Origin: Dimorphilus gyrociliatus
Lineage: Eukaryota > Animalia > Annelida
Assembly (NCBI GenBank): GCA_904063045.1
Contig: CAJFCJ010000007.1
Span: forward strand, 3,541,404-3,605,403
Length of the DNA: 64,000 bases
Reading direction: 5' to 3'
The stretch's first letter is position 1, and each line of letters starts with the position of its first letter. The notes under the pieces are model-generated. The model ran no database searches. It saw only the letters and a program-made list of their open reading frames with translations, and was not told the DNA's origin. Shown piece after piece: positions 1 to 12,608 of the stretch. Made by a program: the position numbers and the translations under genes.

Positions 1-89
1 TTTTTATCATCCTTCTTATATCTACTTCCTGCCCTTCCTTCCATTTTTTAAATAGGTCTTTTCTTAATGTTTATAACGTTTTTGTCCAG

Positions 90-2879
90 CATCCAAAGGA
101 TGATAAAGAGGTAACCAATTCGTTAAGCACAATTAATACATATGCGTTGTACTAGTTCGTTATTATTTTATATTTATATGTACATTTGTTTAAGCAGATA
201 TTTTCCCATTTATTTTTGTTTTATAACTCTGAAAGCATATTCACTTTTCCTCTATCAATCCCTTCTCTTTCTTCCCCCCTGCCCCTCCTCTTCCCCTTCC
301 TCCACCCCTTCTGCCTAATATATTTCTACAGTTAGATATTATACATGCATATATACTGTATATATAAATATCTCACATTGTTTAAAGAAACCCCATATAA
401 TAATCAACTATTTATGTACTGTATCATTCTTATTACTTCTATATTAATTTTAAACAGTCGCAAAGTCAGGAATATCGTGATCAAAAGCTCCAACTGAAGT
501 GTGCGTGTTGTACAGCTTTGGCTGAGATATCAAAGACCGATTCATGCGCTTATAAAATTGTTCAATCGAATGGAATTTATATTATATCATCTCTACTTTT
601 CTTAACTGATACTTCACATTCCGAACGATTTAATTTAATGAAAAGTGTCTTCCGGGCTCTTAGATTTTTATTTTCATTAGATCGGAATAGACGTTATTTT
701 AAACGCCTATTTCCGCCGAAGTTGCTTGAACCTTTTCTAGATGTTGGACATTACAATCACGATTTACAGGTAATCTAATCAAACATTTCCACTTATCATC
801 AGATATTATTATATAATTGGTTTCTATTTAGGCCTACGAGTGTCTAGTAAAAACGTTTGACGATCTCGATTCGGACAATTATTTATTAATTAAGGATGCG
901 GTTGCCCAAGTGAATTTAAATGCTGAACCAATGAAACAAGTCGAAGATTACTCGGTACTTGAACATTTAGGATCGGGTTCGTTTGGTAGTGTTTATAGAG
1001 TTAAAAAAATTGGTGGACAAACACAACTAGCGTTAAAAGAGATAAATACAATGCAAGCAAACTTTGGAAAAAATTCAAAAGAAAGGCAAAAAAGCGTTGG
1101 CGATTTAAATAACGAATTAAATATAATTAAAGAAGAATTACAACATCCAAATATAGTAAAATATTATAGAACTTTTGTTGATAGTAAGTGCATTAAATCG
1201 GCCTTTTGTATATATAGATATATTTATAACCTTAAAATCTTCCTTGTAATAGATAATAAGTTTTGTATTGTTATGGAATTAATTGAAGGAGCAGCTTTAC
1301 AAGAACATATATCCAGTTTAAAAGAGAGAAATGAAGGATTTGGAGAAGAACGAATTTGGGGGATATTTGTCCAAATAGTTAGAGCATTAAACTATTTGCA
1401 TAAAGAAAAGAAGATCATTCATAGAGATTTAAGCGCCAATAATATAATGCTGTCGGATACTGATAAAGTAACTATAAGTAAGGGGATTTTTTCATTCGTT
1501 ATTCACGCTTTTTTTCTTTATAGTTATTGTTAATTTTTCTAGCTGATTTTGGCCTAGCTAAAAGAAAGGCTCCCGATGTAAGCCGATTACAAACAACTGT
1601 TGGTACCATAATATATTGTTGGTAAGCACGATTTGTTCAATATTTCTTTCTTTAAATCATTAAAAAGTTTAAGCCTATTCTTATCATTTCCTCAGCCCGG
1701 AAATGGTTCAATCGGAAAAGTATACGGAGAAGGCTGATGTTTGGTCTGTTGGTTGTCTACTATATCAAATGTGTACATTAAAGCCGCCATTTTACTCGCA
1801 AAACATGCTTCATTTAGCAAAAATGGTTTTGTATTTTATAAAGAATCTTTCTTTGATCTCTATTGATTGATTGTTATTTTTAGATTGTTGAAGCAAAATA
1901 CGAGCCAATTTCACCAGATTATTCCGAAACCATGCGCTCGACAATAAATATATGCTTAACGCCCGATCCCGATAAGAGAGCTGATATCGTCCAGGTTGCT
2001 GCTCATATCGCTCATATATTACTTGAACGTATGGATAAAATGGAAGTTTCTCTACAAAAGCAATCGAAACTCCTTGAGGCAGAACAAATACGGAGTGTTG
2101 GGCCGTATAGACTAGCTTCTCAGGAAAGTCGATGGTCGAGTAGTTGCGGTGGTGCTACTAGTCTTAGCTACGAAACGGATACTTCCGAGGATAATAGAGT
2201 TTTGTTAAGAAACGCCAGCGTACCCGAAGAGAATGGGGCCAGTGACGACGAGTCGTCTGTAAATGACAGTACTGGGCTTCCACCGCGACCACCAGGACAT
2301 AAACAACCGGCAAGTAGTCTTAGGAGAAAACAACGAAGTGCTGAAAGACTAAGAGATCTGGATAGAGAAAATATGGACAATGACTCTACTGTTCGAGCAG
2401 GTTCAGCAGGTAAAAAATCAAGACCTCTTTCGGCCGGTTCTAGTTTATCAATATCACATAAAAATATCCGACAAATAATTGATCCTGTCTCTTCAATACT
2501 GTGCGAAGTTCACAAAGTTCTCTACGCTTGCCAGTTGAATCCTCCCAATTCAAAGGCATGCGCGAGAAGAAGATTAATTGAAAGATTTAAAAGATTGCTA
2601 TCGCACCGTTCATCAGATGTAGCTCTACTCAAAGAGAATTTAACAAAATTGGAAAAAGGAAGCAAAGAATTTGTGGATCTTGGAGATAGCTCGAATAACT
2701 TATGCTTGGAGGCTTTGATTGAATGGGCGGAGAAGAGTGGTGAAATGTTGGATAAGAACTTTGTTGGAATAACTTACGAACAACTACGAACAATTATTGA
2801 CAGTTACGTTATTGAGAACGATTACGAAGTGAACCAAAAATATTATAGAACATTTAGTCAACCATCCGCTAGTCGTTGA
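90..2879 (+). CDS. NEK10: Serine/threonine kinase NEK10, 5'-truncated by the window edge. Inferred exons: 90-110 (tentative), 458-769, 832-1183, 1253-1477, 1543-1621, 1696-1824, 1884-2879
   Basis: The spliced translation contains FRALRFLFSLDRNRRYFKRLFP...DVGHY, which matches the NEK10 armadillo region as I recall it. Kinase motifs follow: LGSGSFGSVY, ALKE, HPNIVKYY, HRDLSANN, DFGLA and GTIIYCCPE. The introns are GT-AG, 59-74 nt for the five downstream ones, and keep the frame. Confidence 0.93.
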
Positions 2880-3667
2880 AGACCATATTGTCAATAAAAT
2901 TCTGTCTTTGTTCCTCTCATCGTAGGAGAAAAAGGTGCAAGAATGAAATAGACATCTAACCTTAATCTCTTCAAATTTACTATTAATCTATAGAGTAGCG
3001 TGTTAAAATGGAAGTGAAAACAACTATACTGCAAAATGAAATCGATACTGCAATAAATACGTATCTTATTATTTCTTGTATCTCATCTTTTCTTACGTGC
3101 TTTTTTCTCCATAATAATCTTAGCACCTCTGCTGAAATAACATATAACGGTTCTTATAATACGCTGTTTGTCATAGTATTTCTGGGATGAATTAGATGAA
3201 TACAAAGTATGCTAGTCCTTGTTTTTGTGACCAATATAATTTTAAGTATTTCTTTCAAATCTCCTCATATATAATAAGATAAAAACTGTCTTATTATCAT
3301 TATATAGTATAAGTAAACAACATTTCTTTAAACTTACATTAAATACATATTTCAAATAGTAGAAATACTTGTACAACTCTACAACCTTGCCGAATTTTCA
3401 GGCAGGCTTAATAAATATTGCAAAAACGAGACTTGTTTTATTATATTATTATAATTTATGCAAATGATGTAAATCTAGATTGAAAACATCTACTAATAAC
3501 GAATCTTTGTCGAACTTTCTCCACTCTATTTTCGGTTTTTTGAAAGATTCTTAAAGAAAACTGGTAATTCAGTTTTGTTGCAACACACGTATGGATTCGT
3601 TATTTATTTTAAAACAAGTTATTAGATCAGTTTTGTAGTATTTTATTTTATAAATGACTACAAAACA

Positions 3668-5722
3668 ATGAATTCGGAAGATATCTTATCCAAGTTTCAG
3701 TTGAAGCCTATTCGCGTTAATAAATTTGAAGGTCGAGACAAATACATGAGCGATAATAGAACTTATTTAATGATGCAATTACAGGGGACGACGGTGATTT
3801 GATTTCAAATAGTCTAATTCTGACGCCAAGTTCACAATACCTTGAATTGTTAGTTAATAAATTCACTTCGGATAAAAATTTCGGACAAAGTGTCTTAAAA
3901 TGTAAATATAATGGGAAAAAGTTTTCTATTTTTCTTTTCAACGTTTGTTGAGTTAATAGGGTTAAAAGAAGAATTTCGACATCCAAAGAATAGGAGTTCA
4001 GCAATAGAAAGACTCAAAGATGAATTCGACGCTGCCCTACAATCAATAGTTTGTAAAGCAGTAATAAAACTATCGGAAGTAAGTATGATATTCGTAATAA
4101 TTTCAGTTCTTAGTTATTTGAACTATACTGAATTACGTAGAATTTCGATGATTCTGTACAAAAAAACCTACATAATTTACCAACTCAATCACCACCAAAG
4201 TAAGTTTTAACAGTAATAGATTAAATAAATATCATATAAGTTTTAAAAAATGTTACAAATAATAATAACAGAATATTTACGAGTATTGACGTAACTGAAT
4301 TATCGGAAAGTGATAGATTCCATAAAGAATTTACGGAACGGGAAAAAATTGGTAAAGGAGGCTACGGAGCGGTTTACAAGGTAGAATATTTATTATCATT
4401 TAATTACTTAATACGTTCCTTTAATCATACATTAAAAATGATACATGCTCCATTTTCTTTCCATTTTTTAGGCTTGTCATCGTCTCGATAAAAAATCCTA
4501 CGCTATCAAATGTATTCCTCTTAACTCTAATTATCATAACTCAGCCGCTCAGGTATTCATATATATATATATATGCAGTTTTTCTCTATTGTTGTAGCTT
4601 TCTTGTTTTATGAATATATATCCTATTTCTCACAATAGGCCCTAAGGGAAGTTAAACAATTAGCTAGCCTCCAACACCCGAATATCGTTAGATATCATAC
4701 AGCTTGGTTGGAATGCGACGCAGTTAAACCTCCTAATTATTCCCGCCAACTATGTATGTTATAATATTTTTAATAAATTTTAATTATTCCTTTTTAATGA
4801 TCTATTAAAAATAATAATAAACAACATAATAGCTATACCGTCGAATAGTAGCGACTCGGATGAAGAAAATATCTCAGAGAGTTTGGTAATTGAATTTAAT
4901 TCGAGTAAAAATTCACTTGATGACAAAGAGAAAAATCAATTGGAACCATATTATTCTCCTCATCAAAGTATTAATTTTATCTTCCGTGTTAAGTTATGTA
5001 TTCAAATGGAATTGTGCGAAACAACATTGGAACGATGGTTGCAGAAGAGAAATGAGCTCAACAATTTTAGTATTGTTAATGGGGAAAAGGAAATTAATAT
5101 TATACGCCAAGTATTATTAGCTTTGTCTTACATACATGAAAAAGGGATAATGCATAGAGACGTTAATCCGAAAAATATTTTCTTAAAAGATATTTCAAAC
5201 GATATTTTAGTTCAACTAGGAGATTTTGGGTTGGCAAGGGAGCTTTCTGACGAAGACTGTGATTGTACAATGAGTTCATTTACAACCTCAGGATATACTG
5301 ACGGCGTTGGAACGAAATCATACGCTGCACCCGAGCAATTTGCCAGGAGAGAATACGATAACAAAGTTGATATGTACAGTGTAGGTTTAATATTAATTGA
5401 ACTATTTTATGTTATTAAGACTGGAATGGAAAGAGACTATATATTCAGAGAAGCGAAACGAGAAGAAGTTAGTCTTCCAAATGAACTCTATACAAATTTC
5501 CCAGTGATAGCTCGTTACGTAAAAAAACTATTAAATCTCGATCCTAAAGCAAGACCTACCGCCGATCAGATATTATCGTGCGAATATTTCTCAAAAACAA
5601 CTATAAATATAAATAATTTAATGGAAACGATTGACAATCAACAAAAATTGATTGACCAATTAAGATCTCAATTACTAAATGTAAAATCAAATTGTAAATG
5701 TGGTATATCTTTTAATATTTAA
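3668..5722 (+). CDS. EIF2AK1: eIF2-alpha kinase, HRI/EIF2AK1-like. Multi-exon; ATG at 3668, last exon 4831-5722
   Basis: Spliced sequence reads [35 protein letters not shown]-...[25 protein letters not shown] Ser/acidic kinase insert follows, then [33 protein letters not shown] and DMYSVG. There is a C-terminal coiled coil. The N-terminal domain is short, unlike PERK, GCN2 or PKR. Confidence 0.8.
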
Positions 5723-6179
5723 CAAAAAGAAAAAAAAAAGAGAATAATTTTATAAAACAAGGAATAAATATTAATTAAAAAAAGATAAATTATTTTTCTT
5801 TTTAAAAAAAAAATTATTATTTTTTTTTTTCTTTTTTCTTTTTATTTCTCGGCGCGAAATAAAACAATAAAATTTGATGCTGGCACATTCTGATCGCTGT
5901 CGACAGACATTAATACAATTGAAAAAAAAAAAGAAAAAAAAAAACCTAAAGCACTGCAGTGAATTCGATAAAATTAAAAACAAAAATAAATAAATATTAA
6001 TAAATATAGTGGATATAAAGTATTTTCTATTATATATAAATATATATATACATATATATATATTATATATGTATATATATATATCTATATATTGACTGGG
6101 CGTATGATATACTTAAAAATTTTTTACATGTACCTAATAAACATTTATATGCTTCTTTTTTTTGTTGTAATATATAATG

Positions 6180-6199
6180 TATATATATATATATATAAA

Positions 6200-6234
<35 letters not shown>
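6180..6234. repeat. (TA)n microsatellite between the convergent EIF2AK1-like and SNRK genes
   Basis: Direct reading; interrupted TA run. Confidence 0.9.
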
Positions 6235-6237
<3 letters not shown>

Positions 6238-6410
6238 CATACAAATATTTGACGTTTATATTAATCATAAACGCTGCACAAACACTTAATTTCGCGCCTA
6301 GTAGGAAAAGTGTGAACCAGCCACACTCGGGCTCTTATTCTTTCTTTCTTTCTTTTTCTTTCTCTCTCTCCCTCTCTTTCTCTCTCTCTCTCCCTCATTC
6401 TCTCTTCCTC

Positions 6411-9400
6411 TCACACTGCACACTCAGCTAACATCACTTTATCAGATTTCGATCTCTTCCTTTGCTTCGTTACTCTGCTTTCCTTAGCCGATGGGCTATT
6501 ATCAAAATGGTTAACTAAATGTGTAAATTCTTTAGATCGAACACGAATCATTGACTTGTCGACATCGCGTATTATCGAATTTAAATCCATTGCGGCCAAC
6601 CTATCCGAACAATTGTTCTCATCTTTCTCTCGGCTGGAATTCGAATTTCGCGAATTTACGTCCCCTTGGCTATTCTTGGAAACAGGAGAACTAGTCTCCG
6701 AATTTGACTTCTTATCGACATCAGCGAGTGGTCTGAGTCGATAAGGAGGTGGTCCATCGTTATCTGACGAATGGTCGCTGGAGTCTTTACGTAGTGGTTT
6801 GGGTGGCTTGCAACAGGATGGAGCCTGTCGACGACGTATATCTGGAGGGTTGTCATCCGTATCCGAAGCATCGGAAGATGAACAGGATCTCTGAGGATTA
6901 ACACGTCTCCTGTTGCAACGGCGTGGTGGTAGGGTCCTTGGTGCTGCGCCTAATGGCGTCATTTTACCGGGAGGTGGGCCATCTTGGTCCTCCCTCTCCT
7001 CGTGAATTTGATTGAGTACTAATTGCGGTGACGAGTGAACGAGATGCAGACCACGGCTGGAAGGCCTATTAGAGGATGGAGGTAGAGAACACGCAATATC
7101 ACCATCTTCGACGTCCGAACTTTCTTCATTGATAAGTGAACATCTTTTTTCAAAGACTCCACACTCTGCAGCCCCAACTCCAGTGGATAAGCGTAATATA
7201 CTAGGCGGTGAAACAAACGATTGTCGCACGTCACTGTCCTTTCCCAATTCACCTGATTTGGCCCTGTTAAAAGAAAAGAATTTTTGTTTAAATTGAATAT
7301 CGAGAGAAAGTAAAAAAAGCCCATAAAAAATAATTAAACTATTATTAATCTCTTTTCACCGATTGAACAAATAAAGCCGAACCATAAGTACAATAGAAAT
7401 TCTTTACTATTCAGAAAGAACATAACTCTAGTTAGAAGCACCCGTCAAACGTAAGAAAAATAGAAAAGCATGCAAAAAAGAAATATATACTGTTTATAAA
7501 TATATAATTTATATATATATATAGTATATATATATAGATATAAAGTAATAAAAAAATATTTAATACGTAAATTACCACCCCCATGTCTACCTATCTCTCT
7601 TTATTTATATATACATATATATATATAAATTGGATCTATTAAAAACACCAACATTCGCCAACAAGGCTTCTTATTCTACTCCTTGCTGTCCTTCGGTTTC
7701 GGCTAATTTATGATTTTATATACATTATTTATGTATGTAATGGTTGAACATCAATAAATTACTACTAAATATACATATTTATATATATTAATATATATAT
7801 ATATATATAAATGTATAATAAAAATATTTGGCTTCCTATTTATATCCTTTTAAATGAAAATACAGGAAAACAAGAAGAAGCTATAAATAGATATAAAAAA
7901 AAATAAACATCATTATCATCCATTAATGCCCACGAGTATTCTCTATCTTTCTATATATATATATATATATAATATATTTTACTTTCTTACACACTCTATA
8001 TTTGAATGCAGATCGATATTAATCGAAATATAGAAAAAATAATCAAGTTAACGTTTTTAATGACTTAAGGAGGATAAAAAAAAAGGAGAATAAAGGAAGA
8101 AAATACATTACTAAAATTGATTTATCGTTAAAACGATGAAGAGAAAAAAACAAGAATACATTAAAACTATACTATATGTTTAATGAGATAAAAGCAAACA
8201 ACTAAATCGCTGAAATATACAACAGTTAGGGCGATATAAAATGTTCGCCATACCATTCGTTAAAATGACCTCCTTCTACGCCTTTTACTTCTTCGAAGGA
8301 CCTTTTAATTGTTGTATTCTTTTATCAATTATTTAAAGAATTAATAAAATATTTTTTAAACATTCTATTATTCTATTACAAACACACAAACACACACTTT
8401 TAATTAGATATTTTTAAGACATATTATGTAGACATTTATTCTATTTAACCGCAAATGATTAACAACATTTTATTATAGATTATGACAAATTAGTTTGATA
8501 ACTATCTATAATAAATTATACATACCTTGGTGATAAGGCTAGTGAAGCGATATCGCTTGATTTTTTTACATTAGAGTCATCCAAAGACGTTTTGGATGTT
8601 GTTGACGAAGCTTTTGAAGAATCGGCTGATGAACGTTTTAAACGTCTCTCAGCTAATAAATAATAAGTCGCAGTAATACTGTTATATTCATCTTGTTCTA
8701 TTGCTCTGTTCATATTCAAAAATATAGTTAGTTAACACTAATTAATAAATAGATATATACATTTCATTTATATTTATATTCCATTAAATATACCTAATAA
8801 TATCTTCCTTAGGTGCCAGGTTACCTTCTACCATTTTCTTTATTATCTCGACATGATCATTTTCACTTATCATTGATCGAGAAATGACAGGTACTCGAGG
8901 TAGAGGTTTTCCTGAGTTGACCCAAGGATCTTCACAAATCTCACGAAGTGTAGGTCTATCTTTGGGCTCTCTCACTAGCATTCTTGTTATGAGACTATAA
9001 TGTTGATTAATAATCGAAATTAATAATAATTTAATTACGTAAGGAATAGATTAGATTAGAGAAAACGAAGAAGAAGAACGTACTTTTGGCAAGAGTTTGA
9101 AACGTGCGCAGGGATCCTATATTTACAATCCATAATCATAGTTAACGTTTCACTGTCATTTGCTTCATGAAAAGGCGGTGTTCCACAAACTAGCATATAT
9201 AAAATTACACCCAAACTCCAGACGTCTGTTAAAACATTAAATTTTTGTATAATCAATTTATCCTCAGTCAAATTTAAACAATATAAAATTACTAACCAAC
9301 TGCTGGTGGATCGTAGCTATCTCCTAATAGAATTTCTGGAGCTGAATACGCAAGAGAACCGCAGGCGGTATCCAGATGCCTTCCTGGTACGTACATGTTA

Positions 9401-9891
9401 CTAAATCCGAAATCAGTCAATTTTAAGACGCCGAGTTGTTCAAAGAACACGACATTTTCCGGCTTTAGATCGCGATGAACTACATGCATATCGTGACAGT
9501 ATGAGATGGCTTCAACAATTTGGCGGAAATAGGAGCAAGCCTGTTCCTCTGATAGCCCTTTTTCATAGCGATTTATGTATTCATACATGTCGCCACCATC
9601 GCCATATTCGAGTATCAGAAAAAGCTTAGTTTGAGTGTCAATAACCTCATATAAGCGAATTACATGAGGGTGTTGAACTAATTTCATACAATTGACCTCT
9701 TGAAAAAGATGATTTCGTGATATTTCATCCAATTTGGTCTTGTCGATTACTTTTACAGCTACTTTTGCTCCTGTAAAGACGTGTCGAGCTAACCTGACAA
9801 CTGCGAAATGACCGCGACCGATCGTCTCACCCAGATCATACATTCCGGCTATCTGGCCTTCGTAATTACCTTTATTCATCTTGATTCGCAT
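6411..9891 (-). CDS. SNRK: SNF-related serine/threonine kinase (AMPK family, with UBA domain). Exons approx. 9891-9297, 9225-9084, 8994-8794, ~8702-8527, short exon(s) near 8300 and 7700, 7263-6411
   Basis: [50 protein letters not shown] and [18 protein letters not shown] are SNRK-typical. The UBA end [14 protein letters not shown] and C-terminal LNQIHEE and CSLINEE segments are also present. Confidence 0.95.
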
Positions 9892-10011
9892 TCTACATAA
9901 CTAAATCCTATTTCAAGTACCCAATATGTTAATAATCAACTCCTCATAGTATGATGCGCCACTTTTATCGTCTTCGCTTTGCCTACACTTCCACTTTTTC
10001 AATAGCCTAAG

Positions 10012-10022
10012 TGCGCATGCGC
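10012..10022. promoter_or_regulatory. NRF1-type palindrome TGCGCATGCGC in the divergent SNRK/eIF6 intergenic region
   Basis: Matches the NRF1 consensus YGCGCAYGCGC in a CpG-enriched patch about 120 nt upstream of the SNRK ATG. An ETS-like CCGGAAAT lies near 10585, upstream of eIF6. Confidence 0.45.
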
Positions 10023-10696
10023 TAGACTAATTTTTGCATTTCCGAAAACTGGTAAAAACGCTTTCACTAACGCATATTTCGCTAACGTCACCGTTTATTG
10101 CGCTCCTCGTGCAACTCGTTGTGAAATAGCTTTTGTGCAATTTGCTCGCCTTTGACCATTACCATTTGAGTTTTGGCCTTATCGAATAGCACTAAGGGAA
10201 TTAGTGAGTTTTCATCGATATCTCTTTAATATATATTTGAGAATTTAATTTCTGAAATTAGCTAGTTTCATTCTATACAAATAAGTATGAAAATGGGGCA
10301 GTACCTGTTTACGAAATGTATTAGTGAAAAGCGTACTAATTTTTTTAATTAGAAAAATTCTTATATAAAATAAGCAGTTAAAGGGCATAAGAGCTTTTTT
10401 TGATTGATTGATGTACAAAAGAAGAGAAAAATCAGCGGATATTAAGAGCGTAATTAGGATGACTAGCGTGTTCGCGAGTTAAAAATTAATGTTTGGAAAA
10501 CTCAATAAATCACGAATGATTATAGATGTAGATTTGTTCTAAATGTTATGCAATGAGTTATATTAAAAAAAAAAGAACTTGAAACCGGAAATGTTGATCA
10601 AAAAATTAACAACAGTTAGGCGTAACGCTTGATTTCCAGAAGAAGATATTTGTACTAACTATATTCTACTATTATAGTTACTATCGAATTATACAA

Positions 10697-11810
10697 ATGG
10701 CTGTGAGAGCACAATTCGAGGGAAACAACGAAATCGGAGTTTTCTCCAAATTAACTAATGCCTATTGCCTCGTGGCTATTGGTGGAGCTGAAAACTTCTA
10801 TAGGTAGGAAATCTTTGATTACATCATAAATTCTATGAAGTAAAAGCTTTATGCCTTTCTTTCTTCTTATTTCTTCTATAGTATTTTCGAGGGAGAATTG
10901 TCAGAGCAGATTCCCGTTATACATACTTCTATTGGTGGATGCAGAATTATTGGACGTCTTTGCGTAGGTACGTTATGGTTCAATTATTTTACTCTAATAA
11001 GTAGCTTATGTTACTTATTTTTCCTTCATCATTTATTAATAGGTAACCGTCACGGTTTACTATTGCCTAATACTACAACCGATCAAGAATTACAACATAT
11101 AAGAAACAGTTTACCAGATTCGGTTGTAATACAGAGAGTAGAAGAGAGATTATCAGCACTTGGTAATGTTATTGCCACAAATGATTACGTTGCCCTCGTC
11201 CATCCAGATTTAGACAAGGTAACTGGCTGATAATTTCGTGAAACCAAATATATGTGCTTAAATACAATTATGTCGTTTTTCATTGAAATCTAGGAAACTG
11301 AAGAACTACTTGCTGATGTACTTAAGGTCGAAGTGTTTCGACAAACTGTTGCAAGCAACGTTTTAGTAGGGAGTTATTGCGTACTATCAAATCAAGGCGG
11401 CTTACTTCATCCAAAATGTACCGTTGACGAGCAAGACGAGTTGTCTTCACTATTGCAAGTACCACTGGTGGTAAATAGTCTCATTTCTAACGCTACAACG
11501 CTTTTTAATGCTTGATGGAACAGTAAGAAAATTAATATTTTTTTCTATTTCGATTCTAGGCAGGAACAGTGAACAGAGGAAGCGATGTACTCGCTGCAGG
11601 TCTTGTTGTAAATGATTGGTCAGGATTCTGCGGTTTGGACACTACGAGTACGGAACTATCAGTTGTTGACAGTGTATTTAAACTGGCTGACGCTCAGCCA
11701 ACGACTATCCAGTCAACTATGAGAGATAGTTTGATAGACAGGTTTGCATTCAATTACTACTAAAAATGTGTTCCCATAATTACTCTTTTAATTTTACAGC
11801 CTTTCTTAGC
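10697..11810 (+). CDS. EIF6: Eukaryotic translation initiation factor 6 (6 coding exons)
   Basis: [97 protein letters not shown] and TTSTELSV; the protein ends RDSLIDSLS*. Confidence 0.98.
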
Positions 11811-11966
11811 TGAGAGACGTCGTAAACAAGCTGTACTTAGTGTATGATAATCTCCTGAACTTAATACATTTGCCTGTTACTGAATACCGCATATATAGCG
11901 AAATTAATATAAACCGATCAACGCGACACCTGTACATGTTTTTTCCATTTTAAGCGCGTTTGTGAG

Positions 11967-12608
11967 ATGAAAAAGTACGAGTTGTTTCTCCTCATCTCTT
12001 TTCTCTTCGGTTCGTATGTAGTATTTCTATAGGCTATTATTTTCCCATCTTGGCGACTAGTGAATTAAACGAGAGTAACTTGGTACTATTCGAGTACTGC
12101 AATTATTTGACCTCTCCCATTCCCCATACCCACAGATCCCTTTATGTTCTTGCTTTTTGAAATGTTACTCTTTAACAGACTTTAGCTATTCGTTAAAATG
12201 CTGGAAATGCATTGGTTCAGAATGTGATAATCTGAAATCTTACTATAAGATAAAAACGCAAGATTGCTCTCCCGGAGAATCCTGTCAGAAAGTAGTATAC
12301 AAGACAAGGGTGAATGAAAATATTACGTCTTATGTACGAAGCTGCTCCATGGGTGTATGCACTTCGTCGGTAGATTCTTCAAATTGTAAATAATTTTATA
12401 AGTCTTATCATAAATTCTCTTATTAATCTCTTCTCATTTTCTCCTCTGTATATTAAATATAGGTTCGAAGATTGATCATGACCTTAGACTGACTGGGTGT
12501 TATACTAGATATTGTTGTGAACAAGAATTATGTAATGAAATTAATATTAATCGTTTTAACTGGCTCTTCAATTCAGCATGTCTGCTATTTGTTGCCGTAA
12601 TAAAATAA
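11967..12608 (+). CDS. Ly6/uPAR (three-finger, LU domain) protein, probably GPI-anchored, quiver/sleepless-like. Exons 11967-12009, 12179-12385, 12463-12608
   Basis: Signal peptide MKKYELFLLISFLF on a phase-1 exon, then LKCWKC...C...C...C...RSC...C...C...GC..YCCEQELCN (12 Cys). The hydrophobic C-terminus WLFNSACLLFVAVIK is consistent with a GPI signal. Confidence 0.85.

Noticed and set aside
2168-2380. Antisense or alternate-frame ORFs overlapping known CDSs (also 6556, 15891, 24043, 26919, 27324, 31098, 34227, 35097, 49611, 51102)
   Set aside because: They are shadow frames of well-supported genes, with no independent motifs.
6411-6430. SNRK C-terminus LAECAV* as a prenylation signal
   Set aside because: The Cys is third from the end, so this is not a CaaX box.
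6092-6431. ORFs of 65 and 84 aa; similar ones at 33037-33632, 39435-39617 and 62596-63153
   Set aside because: They are translations of (TA)n, (CT)n or (GA)n microsatellites (YIYIYI, SLSLSL) with no protein-like complexity.
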